64,000 nucleotides of DNA from Dehalococcoidia bacterium (GTDB lineage: Bacteria; Chloroflexota; Dehalococcoidia; UBA2979): contig CAXXDN010000002.1 in NCBI GenBank assembly GCA_963667465.2, positions 160,001-224,000 of the forward strand, written 5' to 3'. The translations under genes and the position numbers were made by a program. Below are positions 29,583 to 40,539 of this stretch, piece after piece; within the stretch, counting starts at the first letter, position 1; the number at the start of each line of letters is the position of its first letter. Under the pieces are notes generated by a model. That model was not told where the DNA came from and did not search any database. It saw only the letters and a list, made by a program, of their open reading frames with translations.

Positions 29583-30825
29583 CGAGGCCCCCCGACTGTT
29601 GCACGCCGGCGCCGCCCGCGACGAGCCGGAGGAAGCGCCGGCGTCCGACGCGCAGCTCGTCGCCCGGGTGGACCGCACGGTCGAAGGTGTCGACCGGCTC
29701 ACCGTTGACGCGCACCGCGCCCTGCTCGACGAGCCGCCGCACCTCGGTGCCGCTCTTCGCCAGCCCGGCGTCCACCAGCACGCGGTCGAGGCGTCCCGCG
29801 GGGCCGCCGTCGCCGTCGCCGTCGGGCGCGAGCGTGTACTCCGGCATCTCGTCGGGCGTCTGGCGGCGCTGGAACGTGGACTCGAAGTAGTCGCGAGCGG
29901 ACTCGGCGGCGGCGGGGTCGTGCAGGCCGGCGGTGATCTCGAAGGCGAGGCGCTTCTTCGCCTCCATCGGCTCGCCGGCAAGCAGCGCCTCGATCTCCAC
30001 GTCGGAGAGATCCGTGAGCAGCGTGAAGTAGTTGCGCAGCGAGGAGTCCGGGATCGACATCACCTTCCCGAACAGGTCGCTCGGAGGCTCGTCGATGCCG
30101 ATGTTGTTGCCGAGCGATTTCGACATCTTCTCGTGGCCGTCGGTGCCGGTGAGGATCGGCAGCGTGATTGCGATCTGCGGCTGCTGGCCGTACGCGCGCT
30201 GCAGCTCCCGCCCGGCCATCAGGTTGAAGAGTTGGTCGCTGCCGCCCACCTGAACGTCTGTCTCCATCGCGACGGCGTCGTAGGCCTGCATCAGCGCGTA
30301 GAGGAACTCGCTCACGTGGATCGGGTCGTGCCGCTCGAAGCGCCGCGCGAGGTTGTCGCGCTCGAGGAACTGCGCCACGGTGAAGTGCGAGGCGAGGCGC
30401 AGCACGTCGCCGAAGCTGAGCTCGCCGAGCCAGTCCGCGTTGCGCCGTACGATCGTGCGCTCCGGGTCCAGGATGCGGAACGCCTGGTCCACGTAGGTCT
30501 GGCTGTTCTCCTCGATCTTTTCCGGAGCGAGCATCGGGCGCGTCTTGTCGGTATCCGAGGGGTCGCCGACCAGGCTGGTGAAGTTGCCGATCAGGAACGT
30601 CACCTCGTGGCCGAAGTCCTGGAAGGTACGCAGCTTGCGCATCGTCAGCGTGTGGCCGAGGTGCAAATCGACGGCGGTGGGGTCGTAGCCGCAGTAGACG
30701 CGCAGCGGCCGGCCCTCCGCGAGGCGCTCGCGCAGCTCGCGCTCCATCGTGCGCCGGGTTGTCTCGTCGCCGAACTCCGCGCCGCGCATGATCGCGGTCA
30801 CCTGCTGCTCGATCGACGCGCTCAT
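29575..30825 (-). CDS. tyrS: Tyrosyl-tRNA synthetase
   Basis: GYDPTAVDLHLGH, GGSDQLFN, KMSKS, C-terminal S4 domain. Confidence 0.97.
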   Translation of the reverse strand: MSASIEQQVTAIMRGAEFGDETTRRTMERELRERLAEGRPLRVYCGYDPTAVDLHLGHTLTMRKLRTFQDFGHEVTFLIGNFTSLVGDPSDTDKTRPMLAPEKIEENSQTYVDQAFRILDPERTIVRRNADWLGELSFGDVLRLASHFTVAQFLERDNLARRFERHDPIHVSEFLYALMQAYDAVAMETDVQVGGSDQLFNLMAGRELQRAYGQQPQIAITLPILTGTDGHEKMSKSLGNNIGIDEPPSDLFGKVMSIPDSSLRNYFTLLTDLSDVEIEALLAGEPMEAKKRLAFEITAGLHDPAAAESARDYFESTFQRRQTPDEMPEYTLAPDGDGDGGPAGRLDRVLVDAGLAKSGTEVRRLVEQGAVRVNGEPVDTFDRAVHPGDELRVGRRRFLRLVAGGAGVQQSGGLDA

Positions 30826-31763
30826 GCGAACCAGGCTCGCGTCTCCTCGACGTCCCGGCGGATCTGGGCGATCAGCGCCTCGGGGCCGTCGAACTTCTGC
30901 TCCGGCCGCAGCCGGTGCAGCAACTCCACCGAGGCAATGCGACCGTAGATGTCGCCCTCGAAGTCCAGCAGGTGGGTCTCCACCGAGCGCCGCACGCCCG
31001 CGAAGGTCGGCCGCATCCCGATGTTTGTGCAGCTCTCGAGGCGACGTCCGTCGACCTCGGTGCGCGAGACGTAGACGCCGTCGGCGGGGAGCGCGAGGTC
31101 CGGGCTGAGGCCGAGGTTGATGGTCGGGAAGCCGATCGTGCGGCCGCGCTCCTCGCCGTGGACGATCGGGCCGCGCAGCGCGAAGGGGCGCCCCAGCAGG
31201 TCGGCCGCCTCCGCCATCAGGCCGTCCGCCAGCGCTTTGCGCACGCGCGTCGAGGACACGGGAGCGCCGTCCTCCGGCAGCAGCTCGATTGGCTGTACCT
31301 CGAAGCCGAGGTCGAAGCCCAGCTCGCCGAGCCGCTCGGGCGTGCCCTCGCGGTTGCGGCCGAGCGCGAAATCGTGCCCCGTGACGATCAGCTTCAGGCC
31401 GGTCTCCTCGATGAGGATGCGCGCGAAGTCCTTGGCGGACACCTGCGCGAGTTCGGAGGTGAACTGCACGACGGCGACGAAGTCGACGCCCGTGGTGCGG
31501 AGCTGTTCGACGCGGGTTTCGAGGGAGGTGAGGTAGGAGATCTCTATTTCGGGGCGGAGGACGGTGATCGGGTGGGGGTGGAAGGTGACGATGCCGGAAC
31601 CGAGCTGGCGGGCTGCGGCCTCGGCGCGGAGACGCTCGAAGAGCATGCGGTGGCCGCGATGCACGCCGTCGAAGACGCCGAGCGTCAGGGCATGCGCACC
31701 CGGCGTGGACGCGCGGCGCAGTTCCTCGCGAATGAGCAGCACGTGGCGGACTGGCCCCCTCAT
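30822..31763 (-). CDS. ribF: Riboflavin kinase/FAD synthetase (start uncertain)
   Basis: GVFDGVHRGH, VSSTRVR, GRTIGFPTIN, NIGMRPT, LRPEQKF. Confidence 0.95.
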   Translation of the reverse strand: MRGPVRHVLLIREELRRASTPGAHALTLGVFDGVHRGHRMLFERLRAEAAARQLGSGIVTFHPHPITVLRPEIEISYLTSLETRVEQLRTTGVDFVAVVQFTSELAQVSAKDFARILIEETGLKLIVTGHDFALGRNREGTPERLGELGFDLGFEVQPIELLPEDGAPVSSTRVRKALADGLMAEAADLLGRPFALRGPIVHGEERGRTIGFPTINLGLSPDLALPADGVYVSRTEVDGRRLESCTNIGMRPTFAGVRRSVETHLLDFEGDIYGRIASVELLHRLRPEQKFDGPEALIAQIRRDVEETRAWFA

Positions 31764-31860
31764 GGCCGCCGTCGGCGCGGCCGTGAGGATCGATCGTAGC
31801 ACTGGCATGATCGCTACTCAAACGGCCGCTGCTTCGGAGTGGCGTGCCTCCGGGCCCCGG

Positions 31861-32709
31861 CTACTCCTCGGTGAAGTCGGTCGTGGAGGCGAGCGAGGCG
31901 GGGGGCGAGGCGCCCTGGATGCGGGCGAGGGTGATCTCGCCGAAGGCGTCGTCCTGGCGCGCCTCCAGGTAGCGGCGGCGGATCAGTTCCAGTACCGCGA
32001 GGAAGTCCACGATCACGACCAGCCGCGAGGTGGCCGCGCCAATCAGCTCGCGAAACGAGATCGTGCGCTCCCGCTCGAGGCGCTCTGTCAGCAGCGAGAC
32101 GCGATCGCGCAGCTGCACGGCCTCGCGCTCCAGCTCGGTTGGCGGCTCCTCCTCCGGGAGCCGCTCCAGCACCTCGCGGAACAGCGCGTAGAGCTGGTCC
32201 GTGGTGACGCCGTCGAGGCCGCTCGGGAGCGGCAGCTCGGGCGGGGCGGCCTCCCGGCGGTAGCCGGTGCGGTGCCCGGTTTCGAGGTCGCGCAGGTGCT
32301 CGGCGGCCTGGCGGTAGCGCCGGTACTCCTCCAGCGCCTCGAGCAGCGCCTGCGGGTCGCTCTCGTCGGCCTCGTCCTCGTCCTCGGGATCGCGTGGGAG
32401 CAGCGCGCGGGACTTGAGCAGCAGCAGCCGCGCGCCCATCGCGATGAATGAGGCGAGCGCGCCGAGGTCGATGCGCTCGCCCTCGCGGACGTGCGCCAGG
32501 TACTGCTCCGTGACGGCGACGAGCGAGACCTCGGTGATGTCCAGCTCGCGCCGCTCGATCAGGTGCAGCAGCAGCTCGAGCGGTCCCTGGAACTTCGGCA
32601 GATCGAGGGCGAAGAGATCCCCCTGCTGAGCCTCGGCGTCGGAGGGAGCGGCGGCGGCTTCCGGCGCCTCCTCCGGGGCTGACTGCTCGGCGGGGTCGGG
32701 TGTGGTCAT
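31861..32709 (-). CDS. scpA: Segregation and condensation protein A
   Basis: FQGPLELLLHLI...LDI, LLLKSRALLP, FLAVLEL. Confidence 0.93.
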   Translation of the reverse strand: MTTPDPAEQSAPEEAPEAAAAPSDAEAQQGDLFALDLPKFQGPLELLLHLIERRELDITEVSLVAVTEQYLAHVREGERIDLGALASFIAMGARLLLLKSRALLPRDPEDEDEADESDPQALLEALEEYRRYRQAAEHLRDLETGHRTGYRREAAPPELPLPSGLDGVTTDQLYALFREVLERLPEEEPPTELEREAVQLRDRVSLLTERLERERTISFRELIGAATSRLVVIVDFLAVLELIRRRYLEARQDDAFGEITLARIQGASPPASLASTTDFTEE

Positions 32710-32723
32710 CGAGCGCGCCGCCC

Positions 32724-33764
32724 TCAGGCCGCGACCTGCGGGCGCTCGGCGAGCGGGCGGCCGATCGCGCGCCCCAGCGCCGAGGCCTCCTGCATCAGCT
32801 CGTCGAAGTGCTCAGGGGTGAGCGACTGTGCACCGTCGGAGAGCGCGCGGTCCGGGTCCGGGTGAACCTCGATCATCAAGCCGTCCGCGCCGACGGCCAG
32901 GCCGGCGGTCGCCATCGGCCGCACGAGGTACCAGTGCCCCGTCCCGTGCGAGGGGTCGACGATCACGGGCAGGTGGCTGAGCCGTTTCACGAGCGCGACG
33001 GCGTTGAGGTCCAGCGTGTTGCGCGTCGCGGTCTCGAACGTGCGCACGCCGCGCTCGCAGAGGATCACGTCGCGGTTGCCCTGCGTGAGGATGTACTCGG
33101 CGGAGAGCAGCCACTCCTCGATCGTGGCGGAGAGCCCGCGCTTGAGCATGACGGGCTTGCCCGTCTTGCCGGCCTCGGAGAGCAGCACGTAGTTCTGCAT
33201 GTTGCGCGCGCCGATCTGGAGCACGTCCGAGTGTTCCGTGACGACGTCCACGTCGCGCTCGGACAGCAGCTCCGTGATCACCGGCAGCTGGTAGTCGCGG
33301 CCCGCGCGCTGCAGCATCTCGAGCGCCTCGAGGCCGAGCCCGCGGAAGGAGTAGGGCGAGGTGCGCGGCTTGAAGGCGCCGCCGCGCAGGATGTGCGCCC
33401 CGGCCTGCTTGACCTGCGCCGCGGTCTCCCGCAACTGCTCCTCCGACTCGATCGCGCACGGCCCGCCGATCACCACGGGGCGCCCGCTCCCGATGCTGAC
33501 GCCGTACGGGAGATCGACGACGGTGTCCGTCTCGCGAACCTCGCGGCTGGCGAGCTTGTAGGGGCGCGAGACGCGCAGCACCTGGTCGACGCCCACCATC
33601 GTTGCCAGCTCGTCGCGCAGGTCCGGGAAGACCTGTCCGAGGACGGCGATCACCTTGCGCTGCTCGCCGTGGATGACCTCGCTCTGCAGCCCGAAGGACT
33701 CGATGCGCTGGATCACGGCGGCGCCGTGCTCCTCGCTGCTGTCGATGCGCATGACGACGATCAC
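32724..33764 (-). CDS. aroF: DAHP synthase (type I-beta with N-terminal regulatory domain)
   Basis: [40 protein letters not shown]. Confidence 0.96.
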   Translation of the reverse strand: MIVVMRIDSSEEHGAAVIQRIESFGLQSEVIHGEQRKVIAVLGQVFPDLRDELATMVGVDQVLRVSRPYKLASREVRETDTVVDLPYGVSIGSGRPVVIGGPCAIESEEQLRETAAQVKQAGAHILRGGAFKPRTSPYSFRGLGLEALEMLQRAGRDYQLPVITELLSERDVDVVTEHSDVLQIGARNMQNYVLLSEAGKTGKPVMLKRGLSATIEEWLLSAEYILTQGNRDVILCERGVRTFETATRNTLDLNAVALVKRLSHLPVIVDPSHGTGHWYLVRPMATAGLAVGADGLMIEVHPDPDRALSDGAQSLTPEHFDELMQEASALGRAIGRPLAERPQVAA

Positions 33765-34150
33765 TGGCCGCCGTCCCCCCCACCGTCCAACCCGGAGATG
33801 TCGGGGCGCAACGCCGCGGCTTCATGCAGGTAGACGTGCTGGATCTCCTCGGGCGGGCGGTCCGTGTTGACGTGCATCAGCAACCGCAGGCAGCGCGGCA
33901 GCGCTCCCGGCACCGCCATCTCGTGGCCGCACAGCAGCGGGACGTCCATCCAGCCCGCCTCGCGCGCGGCGACGGCGGGGAAGTCGGCGTTGAGGTCCGG
34001 CGTGGTGGTGAAGAACACCGAGGCGACGTGCGAGCGCTCCACGTCGTTGGCGTTGACGACCGCCTGCAGCAACTCCGTGGCCGCATCGATGATCGCCTCG
34101 CGTGTGTTCGCGCGGACGGACGTGGCGCCCCGGATGCCGCGAACCATCAT
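33761..34150 (-). CDS. aroH: Chorismate mutase, AroH class
   Basis: VRGIRGAT, FTTTPDL.A.FPA.AAR, HVYL..A..LRPD. Confidence 0.95.
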   Translation of the reverse strand: MMVRGIRGATSVRANTREAIIDAATELLQAVVNANDVERSHVASVFFTTTPDLNADFPAVAAREAGWMDVPLLCGHEMAVPGALPRCLRLLMHVNTDRPPEEIQHVYLHEAAALRPDISGLDGGGDGGQ

Positions 34151-34962
34151 GACGCCGCCGCCTTCGCCGCTGCGCGACCGCTCAGCCGCTCCATCAGGCT
34201 GCGCACCGCTTCATGCCGCCGCTCCCGAGGCGCCTCGCTGATTGTCCGCACCACGGCGCTTCCCACGATCGCCGCGTCGGCGACGCGGCCGACCTCCTCG
34301 ACATGCTCGCGCGCCGAGATGCCGAAGCCAACCGCAAGCGGGAGTGCAGCGTGCTCGCGCACCCGTGCGATGAACGACGGGAGCTCCTCGGAGACCTGGG
34401 TACGCGCGCCGGTCACGCCGGTGACGCTCACGCAATAGACGAACCCGCTCCCGTGCTCGCCCACCGCCGCGATGCGCTCCGCGGTCGAGGTCGGCGCCAG
34501 CAGGTAGATGAGATGCACGCCCTGCGCCTTCGCCGGCTCCGCCAGCTCCGCTGCCTCCTCGACCGGCAGGTCGACGACGACGAGCCCGTCGACGCCTGCC
34601 TCGGCGGCCGCTCGCGTGAACGACTGCGTTCCCGCGGCCAGCATCGGGTTGAAGTATCCCATCAGCAGCAGCGGGGCGGAGACGCCGTCCTCGCGCAGCG
34701 CCCGGGCGCTGGCGAGCACGTCGTCCTGCGTCACGCCGGCGTCGAGCGCCTGCTGGTACGCGGCCTGGTTGGTGACGCCGTCGGCGAGCGGGTCGCTGAA
34801 GGGCACGCCCAGTTCGACGGCGTCGGCGCCGCCCTCGAGCAGCGCGCGCACGATGCCGGGCGTGGCGTCCGGCTCCGGCCAGCAGCCGGGGACGAAGGCG
34901 ATCAGCGCCGGGCGGCCCTCAGCCCGCGTCCGTTCGAACAGCTGCGCGATGCGGTCACTCAT
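34147..34962 (-). CDS. trpA: Tryptophan synthase alpha
   Basis: ELGVPFSDPLADG, MGYFNP, YCVSVTGVTG, GFGIS. Confidence 0.97.
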   Translation of the reverse strand: MSDRIAQLFERTRAEGRPALIAFVPGCWPEPDATPGIVRALLEGGADAVELGVPFSDPLADGVTNQAAYQQALDAGVTQDDVLASARALREDGVSAPLLLMGYFNPMLAAGTQSFTRAAAEAGVDGLVVVDLPVEEAAELAEPAKAQGVHLIYLLAPTSTAERIAAVGEHGSGFVYCVSVTGVTGARTQVSEELPSFIARVREHAALPLAVGFGISAREHVEEVGRVADAAIVGSAVVRTISEAPRERRHEAVRSLMERLSGRAAAKAAAS

Positions 34963-34970
34963 CGGGTGGT

Positions 34971-35687
34971 TCACTCCAGGAACAGCAGTGTAGCGATGAA
35001 TGCGACGCTGTTGACGCCGGCATGCGCCGCGATCGTGGTCCAGATTGAGCCGGACTCCTCGTAGGCCCAGGCCCACAGCGCGCCGATGAAGGCGAACGGC
35101 ACGAGCACGCCGAGATTCAGGTGGAAGACGCTGAAGAGCGCGCCGCTCAGGGACATCGCCGGAAACCGGCGCCAGTACCCGCGCAGCCCGCGGTGCAGCA
35201 GCCCGCGGAACAGCAGCTCCTCGCTGAAGGGCGCGCCGACGATCGTTGCGACGCCCAGCGCCACGACGAGCACGATGCGGTCGCGATCGAAGTCGATCGT
35301 GTTGGTTCCCTTGAGCGCGTCGACGGAAAGCCCGAACGCCTCGAGCAGCGCGATCGCCGCGACGTAGCAGATCAGGATCACGTACGCGCCGGCCCAGGCG
35401 ATCGGCATCGGGCCCCAGACGCGAGGCCGCACGAAGCCGAGGTCCGCCGCCGTGATGCCGCGCCGCGCTGCGAGCAGCAGGACCGTGGCGGCGAGGATCA
35501 GGTTGAAACCGATGATCGCAGCCGCGCCGGCGCGGTTGATGCCCTCGCCTCGCTCTGCCGTGGTGGCGATGAGCAGGCCCAGCACGGCGAATGAGAGGAC
35601 GACGACGCAGAAGGCGGAGACCATGTCGCGCACGCGCCAGAGTGGCGGGAGGGTTCCGGTTGCCGTCGCCGCAGGCTCAGCGATCAC
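34971..35687 (-). CDS. CPBP (Abi/CAAX) intramembrane protease
   Basis: EELLFRG, F...H, AHAGVN; multiple TMs; own TGtTACGCT -10 6 nt upstream. Confidence 0.9.
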   Translation of the reverse strand: MIAEPAATATGTLPPLWRVRDMVSAFCVVVLSFAVLGLLIATTAERGEGINRAGAAAIIGFNLILAATVLLLAARRGITAADLGFVRPRVWGPMPIAWAGAYVILICYVAAIALLEAFGLSVDALKGTNTIDFDRDRIVLVVALGVATIVGAPFSEELLFRGLLHRGLRGYWRRFPAMSLSGALFSVFHLNLGVLVPFAFIGALWAWAYEESGSIWTTIAAHAGVNSVAFIATLLFLE

Positions 35688-35735
35688 AGCGCGAGCGTAA
35701 CAGGCGTCCTGCGCTGCCGCACTGCGGTGCGCGCC

Positions 35736-36950
35736 CTACAGCGTGACGCCGAGCGCGTCGGCGACCGTGCCCATGTCCTTGTCGCCGCGCCCGCTGAGGT
35801 TGACGAGCACCAGCGCGTCCTCGCCCAGCTCCGGCAGCAGCTTCGCGAGGTGGGCGAGCGCGTGCGCGGGCTCCAGCGCGGGGATGATGCCCTCGGTCTC
35901 GCTCAACAGGCGGAAGGCGGCGAGCGCCTCCTCGTCGGTGACGGAGACGTACTCGGCGCGCTCGCTGACCTTCAGCCAGGAGTGCTCCGGCCCCACGCCG
36001 GGGTAGTCGAGGCCGGCCGAGATCGAGTGTGCCTCCGTGACTTGCCCGTGTGCGTCCTGCAGCAGGTAGGAGCGCGAGCCGTGCAGGACGCCCGGCTCGC
36101 CCGCCGCCAGCGGGGCCGCGTGCCGCCCGTCCAGCCCCTCGCCCGCGGCCTCGACGCCGACCAGCCGCACGGGGTCGTCGACGAAGGCGTGGAACAGCCC
36201 GATCGCGTTGGAGCCGCCGCCGACGCAGGCGAGGGCGACCGTGGGCAGCCGCCCCTCTGCTTCGAGGATCTGCGTGCGCGCCTCGTGGCCGATCACGGCC
36301 TGGAAGTCACGGACCAGCAGCGGGTAGGGGTGCGGCCCGACGGCCGAGCCGAGCAGGTAATGCGTGGTGCGCACGTTGGTGACCCAGTCGCGGATCGCCT
36401 CGTTGATCGCGTCCTTGAGCGTGCGCGAACCGGACTCGACGGTGCGTACCTCGGCGCCGAGCAACTTCATGCGGAAGACGTTGAGCGCCTGCCGCCGCAC
36501 GTCCTCCGCGCCCATGTAGACGACGCATTCGAGGCCGAGCAGGGCGCACGCGGTGGCGGTCGCGACGCCGTGCTGCCCGGCGCCGGTCTCGGCGACGATG
36601 CGTGGCTTGCCCATGCGCTGCGCGAGCAGGCCCTGCGCCAGCGCGGCGTTGATCTTGTGCGCGCCGGTGTGCGTCAGGTCCTCGCGCTTGAGGTAGACGA
36701 TCGGCGCGCCCTCCCCGGCGATCCGCTGCGCGAGGCGGTCGGCGCGCGTGATCGGCGTGGGCCGGCCGACGAAGTCACGAAGCAGCCCGTCAAGCTCCTC
36801 GCCGAAGGCCGGATCCTCGCGTGCGGCCGCGTAGGCCTCCTCCAGCTCGGCGAGCGCCGGCATCAGGGTCTCGGGTACGTAGCGGCCGCCGAAGCCGCCG
36901 AAGTAGCCGCGCTCGTCGGGCAGGGCGGAGCGATCCGTGGTGGTGGTCAT
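35736..36950 (-). CDS. trpB: Tryptophan synthase beta
   Basis: [47 protein letters not shown]. Confidence 0.98.
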   Translation of the reverse strand: MTTTTDRSALPDERGYFGGFGGRYVPETLMPALAELEEAYAAAREDPAFGEELDGLLRDFVGRPTPITRADRLAQRIAGEGAPIVYLKREDLTHTGAHKINAALAQGLLAQRMGKPRIVAETGAGQHGVATATACALLGLECVVYMGAEDVRRQALNVFRMKLLGAEVRTVESGSRTLKDAINEAIRDWVTNVRTTHYLLGSAVGPHPYPLLVRDFQAVIGHEARTQILEAEGRLPTVALACVGGGSNAIGLFHAFVDDPVRLVGVEAAGEGLDGRHAAPLAAGEPGVLHGSRSYLLQDAHGQVTEAHSISAGLDYPGVGPEHSWLKVSERAEYVSVTDEEALAAFRLLSETEGIIPALEPAHALAHLAKLLPELGEDALVLVNLSGRGDKDMGTVADALGVTL

Positions 36951-37112
36951 GCGGGCGCCCGACTCTGCGGGTTGGCGATGGCCGGCGGCTCGTTTGCAGC
37001 CCGAAGCGTCTCCACGTCGCACCCTCTTCGGCTCGCGCGCGGTGCTGTCGATGATACCGCCGACTCGCTCCAGGGGCTGCGGCGAGGACCGTGCGGCCGG
37101 GTGGTCAGGGGG

Positions 37113-39290
37113 CTACTCGAAGCCGGGGTGGGCTGCCAGCATTGCCGCGTCCGGCTCTGGCCGCCGCTCCAGCGGCAGGCTGACGATCAGCTCCGTGAAC
37201 TCGCCCGGCTCCGACTCGACGCTGATGTGCCCGCCGTGCCGGCGCACGATGTCGGCGGAGATCGCCAGCCCGAGGCCGGTGCCCTGATCCGTCGGCTTGG
37301 TCGTGAAGAAGGGATTGAAGATCTTCTCGATGACATCCTCCGGGATGCCGGTGCCGTTATCGCGGATGCGGACCTGGACCTCGTCGTCCGTCCGCCGCGT
37401 GATCAGGGTGAGCGTCGGCCAGTACGATTCCCCGTCCGCCTCGCTGGCGAGGCGCCGTTCGTTCGTCGCGTGACAGGCGTTGCTCACGAGGTTGAGGAAC
37501 ACGCGGCCAAGATCCTGGGGGATGACCTCGAGTTCGCCCGCCCCGGAAGCGAACTCCCGCTGGATGTCGAGCTGGAAGTCGGAGTTCGTCGCGCGGGCGC
37601 TGTGGTAGGCCAGCAGCGCGTGCTGGTCCAACAGCTCGTTGATGTCTATGGACTGCCACTCCTGCGAGCCGCGACCCATGCTGAGCATGTCCTGCACGAT
37701 CCGGTTTGCGCGCTCGCCGTGTGAGCTGATGCGCTCAACGTTGCTCGTCAGATCGCCGGTGATGTCCTCGACGAGGTCGCGCTGCTCTTCCGTGAGTTCC
37801 ACGCCCTTTTCTTCGAGGATCTCCTTGAGTTCCTCCACCAGCTCGCCCGAGGCCTCGGAGAAGTTCTTCACGAAGTTCAGCGGGTTGCGGATCTCGTGGG
37901 CGACGCCCGCGGTGAGCTCGCCGAGAGCGGCCAGCTTCTCCCGCATGACGATCTGGTCCTGAGCCTGCTGCAGCTGGGCCAGCACGTCCTCGAGTTCGTC
38001 GTTCTTGCCCTGGAGCTCCTCCGCGAGCTCCTCGACGAGGTTGAGGCGTTGCACTTCCAGCGCGTGACGCCGGAACACGTCGAGGGCGGCGGCCATCTCC
38101 GCGACCTCGTCGCGTCCGCCGATGTCGGCGCGGACCTCCAGGTCGCCCTGGGCCATGTCACGCATCCACTGGGAGAGCATCCCGATGCGCCGCAGCAGCA
38201 CCCGCCCGATGAAGAGCCAGGTGATCAGCAGCGCACCCGTGATGCTGAGCGCGAGAATGGCGAGCAGCAGGACGCGGCCGGTAAAGATCGCCTGGGTGGA
38301 TGCCTCGGTAGCCTCCTCGGTGCTCGCCTGGGCGGCGCCGACCAGGCCGTTCACCTCCGCCACCAGCTCCACGGCGAGATCGCGGTTCAGGCTGAGCAGC
38401 TCCGCCTGCCGGTCCGCGATCCGCAGCTCCTCGGCAAACACGCCGAACACGCTGTCCTCACCCGATCCGAGCGCGAACAGGCGGTCGAAGATGGGCACCG
38501 CTTCGACGTGGAACGAGGAACCGACGAGCGCCGCCAGGTTCCTGTCGATGCGGCTGGCGGTGGACTCGAAGCGCTCCCGCAGCGGCTCGATCAGGGATGC
38601 GTCGGGCAGGGTGAAGGCATTGGCCAGCAGCTCGGTTGCGATGTTGACGTCCGCCTGCAACTCGGCAAGCCGCCGGTAGCGCACGAACTGCTCCTCCGAG
38701 AGGTGCTGCTCACGGGGCGCCGGTGGCGCCGTGAGGTTGCTGTACCCGGTGAGCGCGTAGAAGAGCTGATCGTCGATGGCTGGGGCGAGGGCGTCGTCCA
38801 GTTGCGCACGCACCTCCGTCAGCTCGATCTGCAACGCTTCGCGGTGCGCGATCAGGTCGAATACGCCGGATGTCTGGCTCTCGATGGCCTGGATGTTGGC
38901 GATGATCGTGTCGGCTCGCTCGCGGATGCGCAGCACCCGGTCGCCCTCGGCGTTCCCTTGCTCGAGCGTGGCCATCTGCTGCTCGAACGAGGCGTACGCC
39001 TCATCGATGCTGAGAACGACCTGCGCGAACTCCTCGGGGGTGGCGGCGACGGTGAGGTTTGGCGCGGCGGCTACCAGGTTGCCGCTGTACTGGGCGACGC
39101 CGAACGCGGCCGCCAGTTCCGGCACGCTGCCTTCGTTGACCTGGCTCTGGACGTCGCCGACCCGGTTGAAGGAGAACCAGCCGACCAGACTGGCGGCCAG
39201 GGTGAGCAGGACCGCGCCGCCCATTGCCAGATACAGCTGGGTGGAGATCCGGAAGCGGCTGGCAAGCAGGCGCTTCAGTTTTTCGACCAT
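37113..39290 (-). CDS. Membrane sensor histidine kinase (large helical sensor domain, HAMP, HisKA, HATPase)
   Basis: Two TMs, HAMP GRDEVAEMA, GVAHEIRNPLNF, NLVSNA, DNGTGI, FFTTK..GTGLGL. Confidence 0.95.
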   Translation of the reverse strand: MVEKLKRLLASRFRISTQLYLAMGGAVLLTLAASLVGWFSFNRVGDVQSQVNEGSVPELAAAFGVAQYSGNLVAAAPNLTVAATPEEFAQVVLSIDEAYASFEQQMATLEQGNAEGDRVLRIRERADTIIANIQAIESQTSGVFDLIAHREALQIELTEVRAQLDDALAPAIDDQLFYALTGYSNLTAPPAPREQHLSEEQFVRYRRLAELQADVNIATELLANAFTLPDASLIEPLRERFESTASRIDRNLAALVGSSFHVEAVPIFDRLFALGSGEDSVFGVFAEELRIADRQAELLSLNRDLAVELVAEVNGLVGAAQASTEEATEASTQAIFTGRVLLLAILALSITGALLITWLFIGRVLLRRIGMLSQWMRDMAQGDLEVRADIGGRDEVAEMAAALDVFRRHALEVQRLNLVEELAEELQGKNDELEDVLAQLQQAQDQIVMREKLAALGELTAGVAHEIRNPLNFVKNFSEASGELVEELKEILEEKGVELTEEQRDLVEDITGDLTSNVERISSHGERANRIVQDMLSMGRGSQEWQSIDINELLDQHALLAYHSARATNSDFQLDIQREFASGAGELEVIPQDLGRVFLNLVSNACHATNERRLASEADGESYWPTLTLITRRTDDEVQVRIRDNGTGIPEDVIEKIFNPFFTTKPTDQGTGLGLAISADIVRRHGGHISVESEPGEFTELIVSLPLERRPEPDAAMLAAHPGFE

Positions 39291-40525
39291 GTCTCCACGT
39301 CCTGCAGGTTCTCAATGGGATGGTAGCGGCCGTCGGCGCCGATCACCGTGATGAAGACGGCGTCGGAGCCCTGGTTGTCGTCCACGCCGAAGCTGAGACC
39401 GAAGCCCTCGAGGTCGATGGCGTTGGCCCCGATCAGGGCGTCGACGAAGCAGGCCCGGTCCACCTCGCGACCGCAGCTCTCAAGCCCGGCGATCGCGAGC
39501 CGGCCCGCGAGGTAGCCCTCGAGGGAGACGAAGCCGGGTACGGCTTCCGGCGAGTAGAGCCGGAGGGCGCGCTTGTAGGCGGCGATCACGGGGAGCGAGT
39601 CGTCGTCCGGGAACGGGACCACCTGGGTCACGACGACCCCGGCGCCGTCGGAGCCCAATTCCCGGGCCAGCGCGTTGCTGCCGACGAACGAGACGTTCAG
39701 GAAGACCGGGTTGAACCCGGTCGCCCGCCCCCACTTGATGAGGGCGGCCATCGGCTCGTAGGCGCCAATCATGATCACGGCGTCCGGGCTGCCCTCGCGA
39801 AGGTCGAGGAGCGCTGTCTTCACGGCCGTCGTGTTGCGGGGGTAGAGGCCGACGGCTACCGGCTGGAGTCCGCGGCGCTCCAGCGCGGCCAGCGATCCCC
39901 GGTAACCGGCGCGGCCGTAGGAGTCGTCCTGGTACATGATGCCGATGCGGTCGATCCCGAGATCGCCGATCAGGCGGGCGACCATCTCCTCGGTCTCCTG
40001 GTTGTAGGAGGCGCGCAGGTTGATGATGTTGTCCCACGCCGGGTCGCGCAGGAACGCTGCGCCGGTGAACGGTGCGATGTAGGGGACGCCCGCGTCCGCC
40101 GCGATCGGCGTCGCGGAGCGCGAGGTAGGCGTGCCCACCGCCCCGATCAGGGCAAACACGTTCTCTTCCTCGATCAGGTGTCGGGTATTGGCGATCGCGG
40201 CTTCCGGCTCGTAGGAGTCGTCGAGCGAGGTGAGTTCCAGCACCCGGCCGTGGACACCCCCGGAGATGTTGGCCTCGAAGAACGCGGCCTCGATCCCGAT
40301 CCGCATGTTCTTGCCGAGCTCCTGGGCGGGTCCGCTGAACGCCGCGGACTGGCCGAACAGGATTCGGTCCTCGTGCACGCCGGGTGTCCCGGTCCGGGCG
40401 ATCGGGGTGGGTTCGGGAGTGCCGGCGGGGGGGCCGCCATTGGGCGCGCCGTCGCCGCTCGTGCATCCCGCCATGAGGATCGCCCCGAGCGCCAGACAGA
40501 CTCCCACCAGCCCGCCGACTCGCAT
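39275..40525 (-). CDS. Type I substrate-binding lipoprotein (LivJ-like)
   Basis: Lipobox LMAGC; GQSAAFSGP, GGVHGR, DDSYEP, GAVGTP, YQDDSYG. Confidence 0.9.
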   Translation of the reverse strand: MRVGGLVGVCLALGAILMAGCTSGDGAPNGGPPAGTPEPTPIARTGTPGVHEDRILFGQSAAFSGPAQELGKNMRIGIEAAFFEANISGGVHGRVLELTSLDDSYEPEAAIANTRHLIEEENVFALIGAVGTPTSRSATPIAADAGVPYIAPFTGAAFLRDPAWDNIINLRASYNQETEEMVARLIGDLGIDRIGIMYQDDSYGRAGYRGSLAALERRGLQPVAVGLYPRNTTAVKTALLDLREGSPDAVIMIGAYEPMAALIKWGRATGFNPVFLNVSFVGSNALARELGSDGAGVVVTQVVPFPDDDSLPVIAAYKRALRLYSPEAVPGFVSLEGYLAGRLAIAGLESCGREVDRACFVDALIGANAIDLEGFGLSFGVDDNQGSDAVFITVIGADGRYHPIENLQDVETWSKN

Positions 40526-40539
40526 GGGGCCCTCGCGCC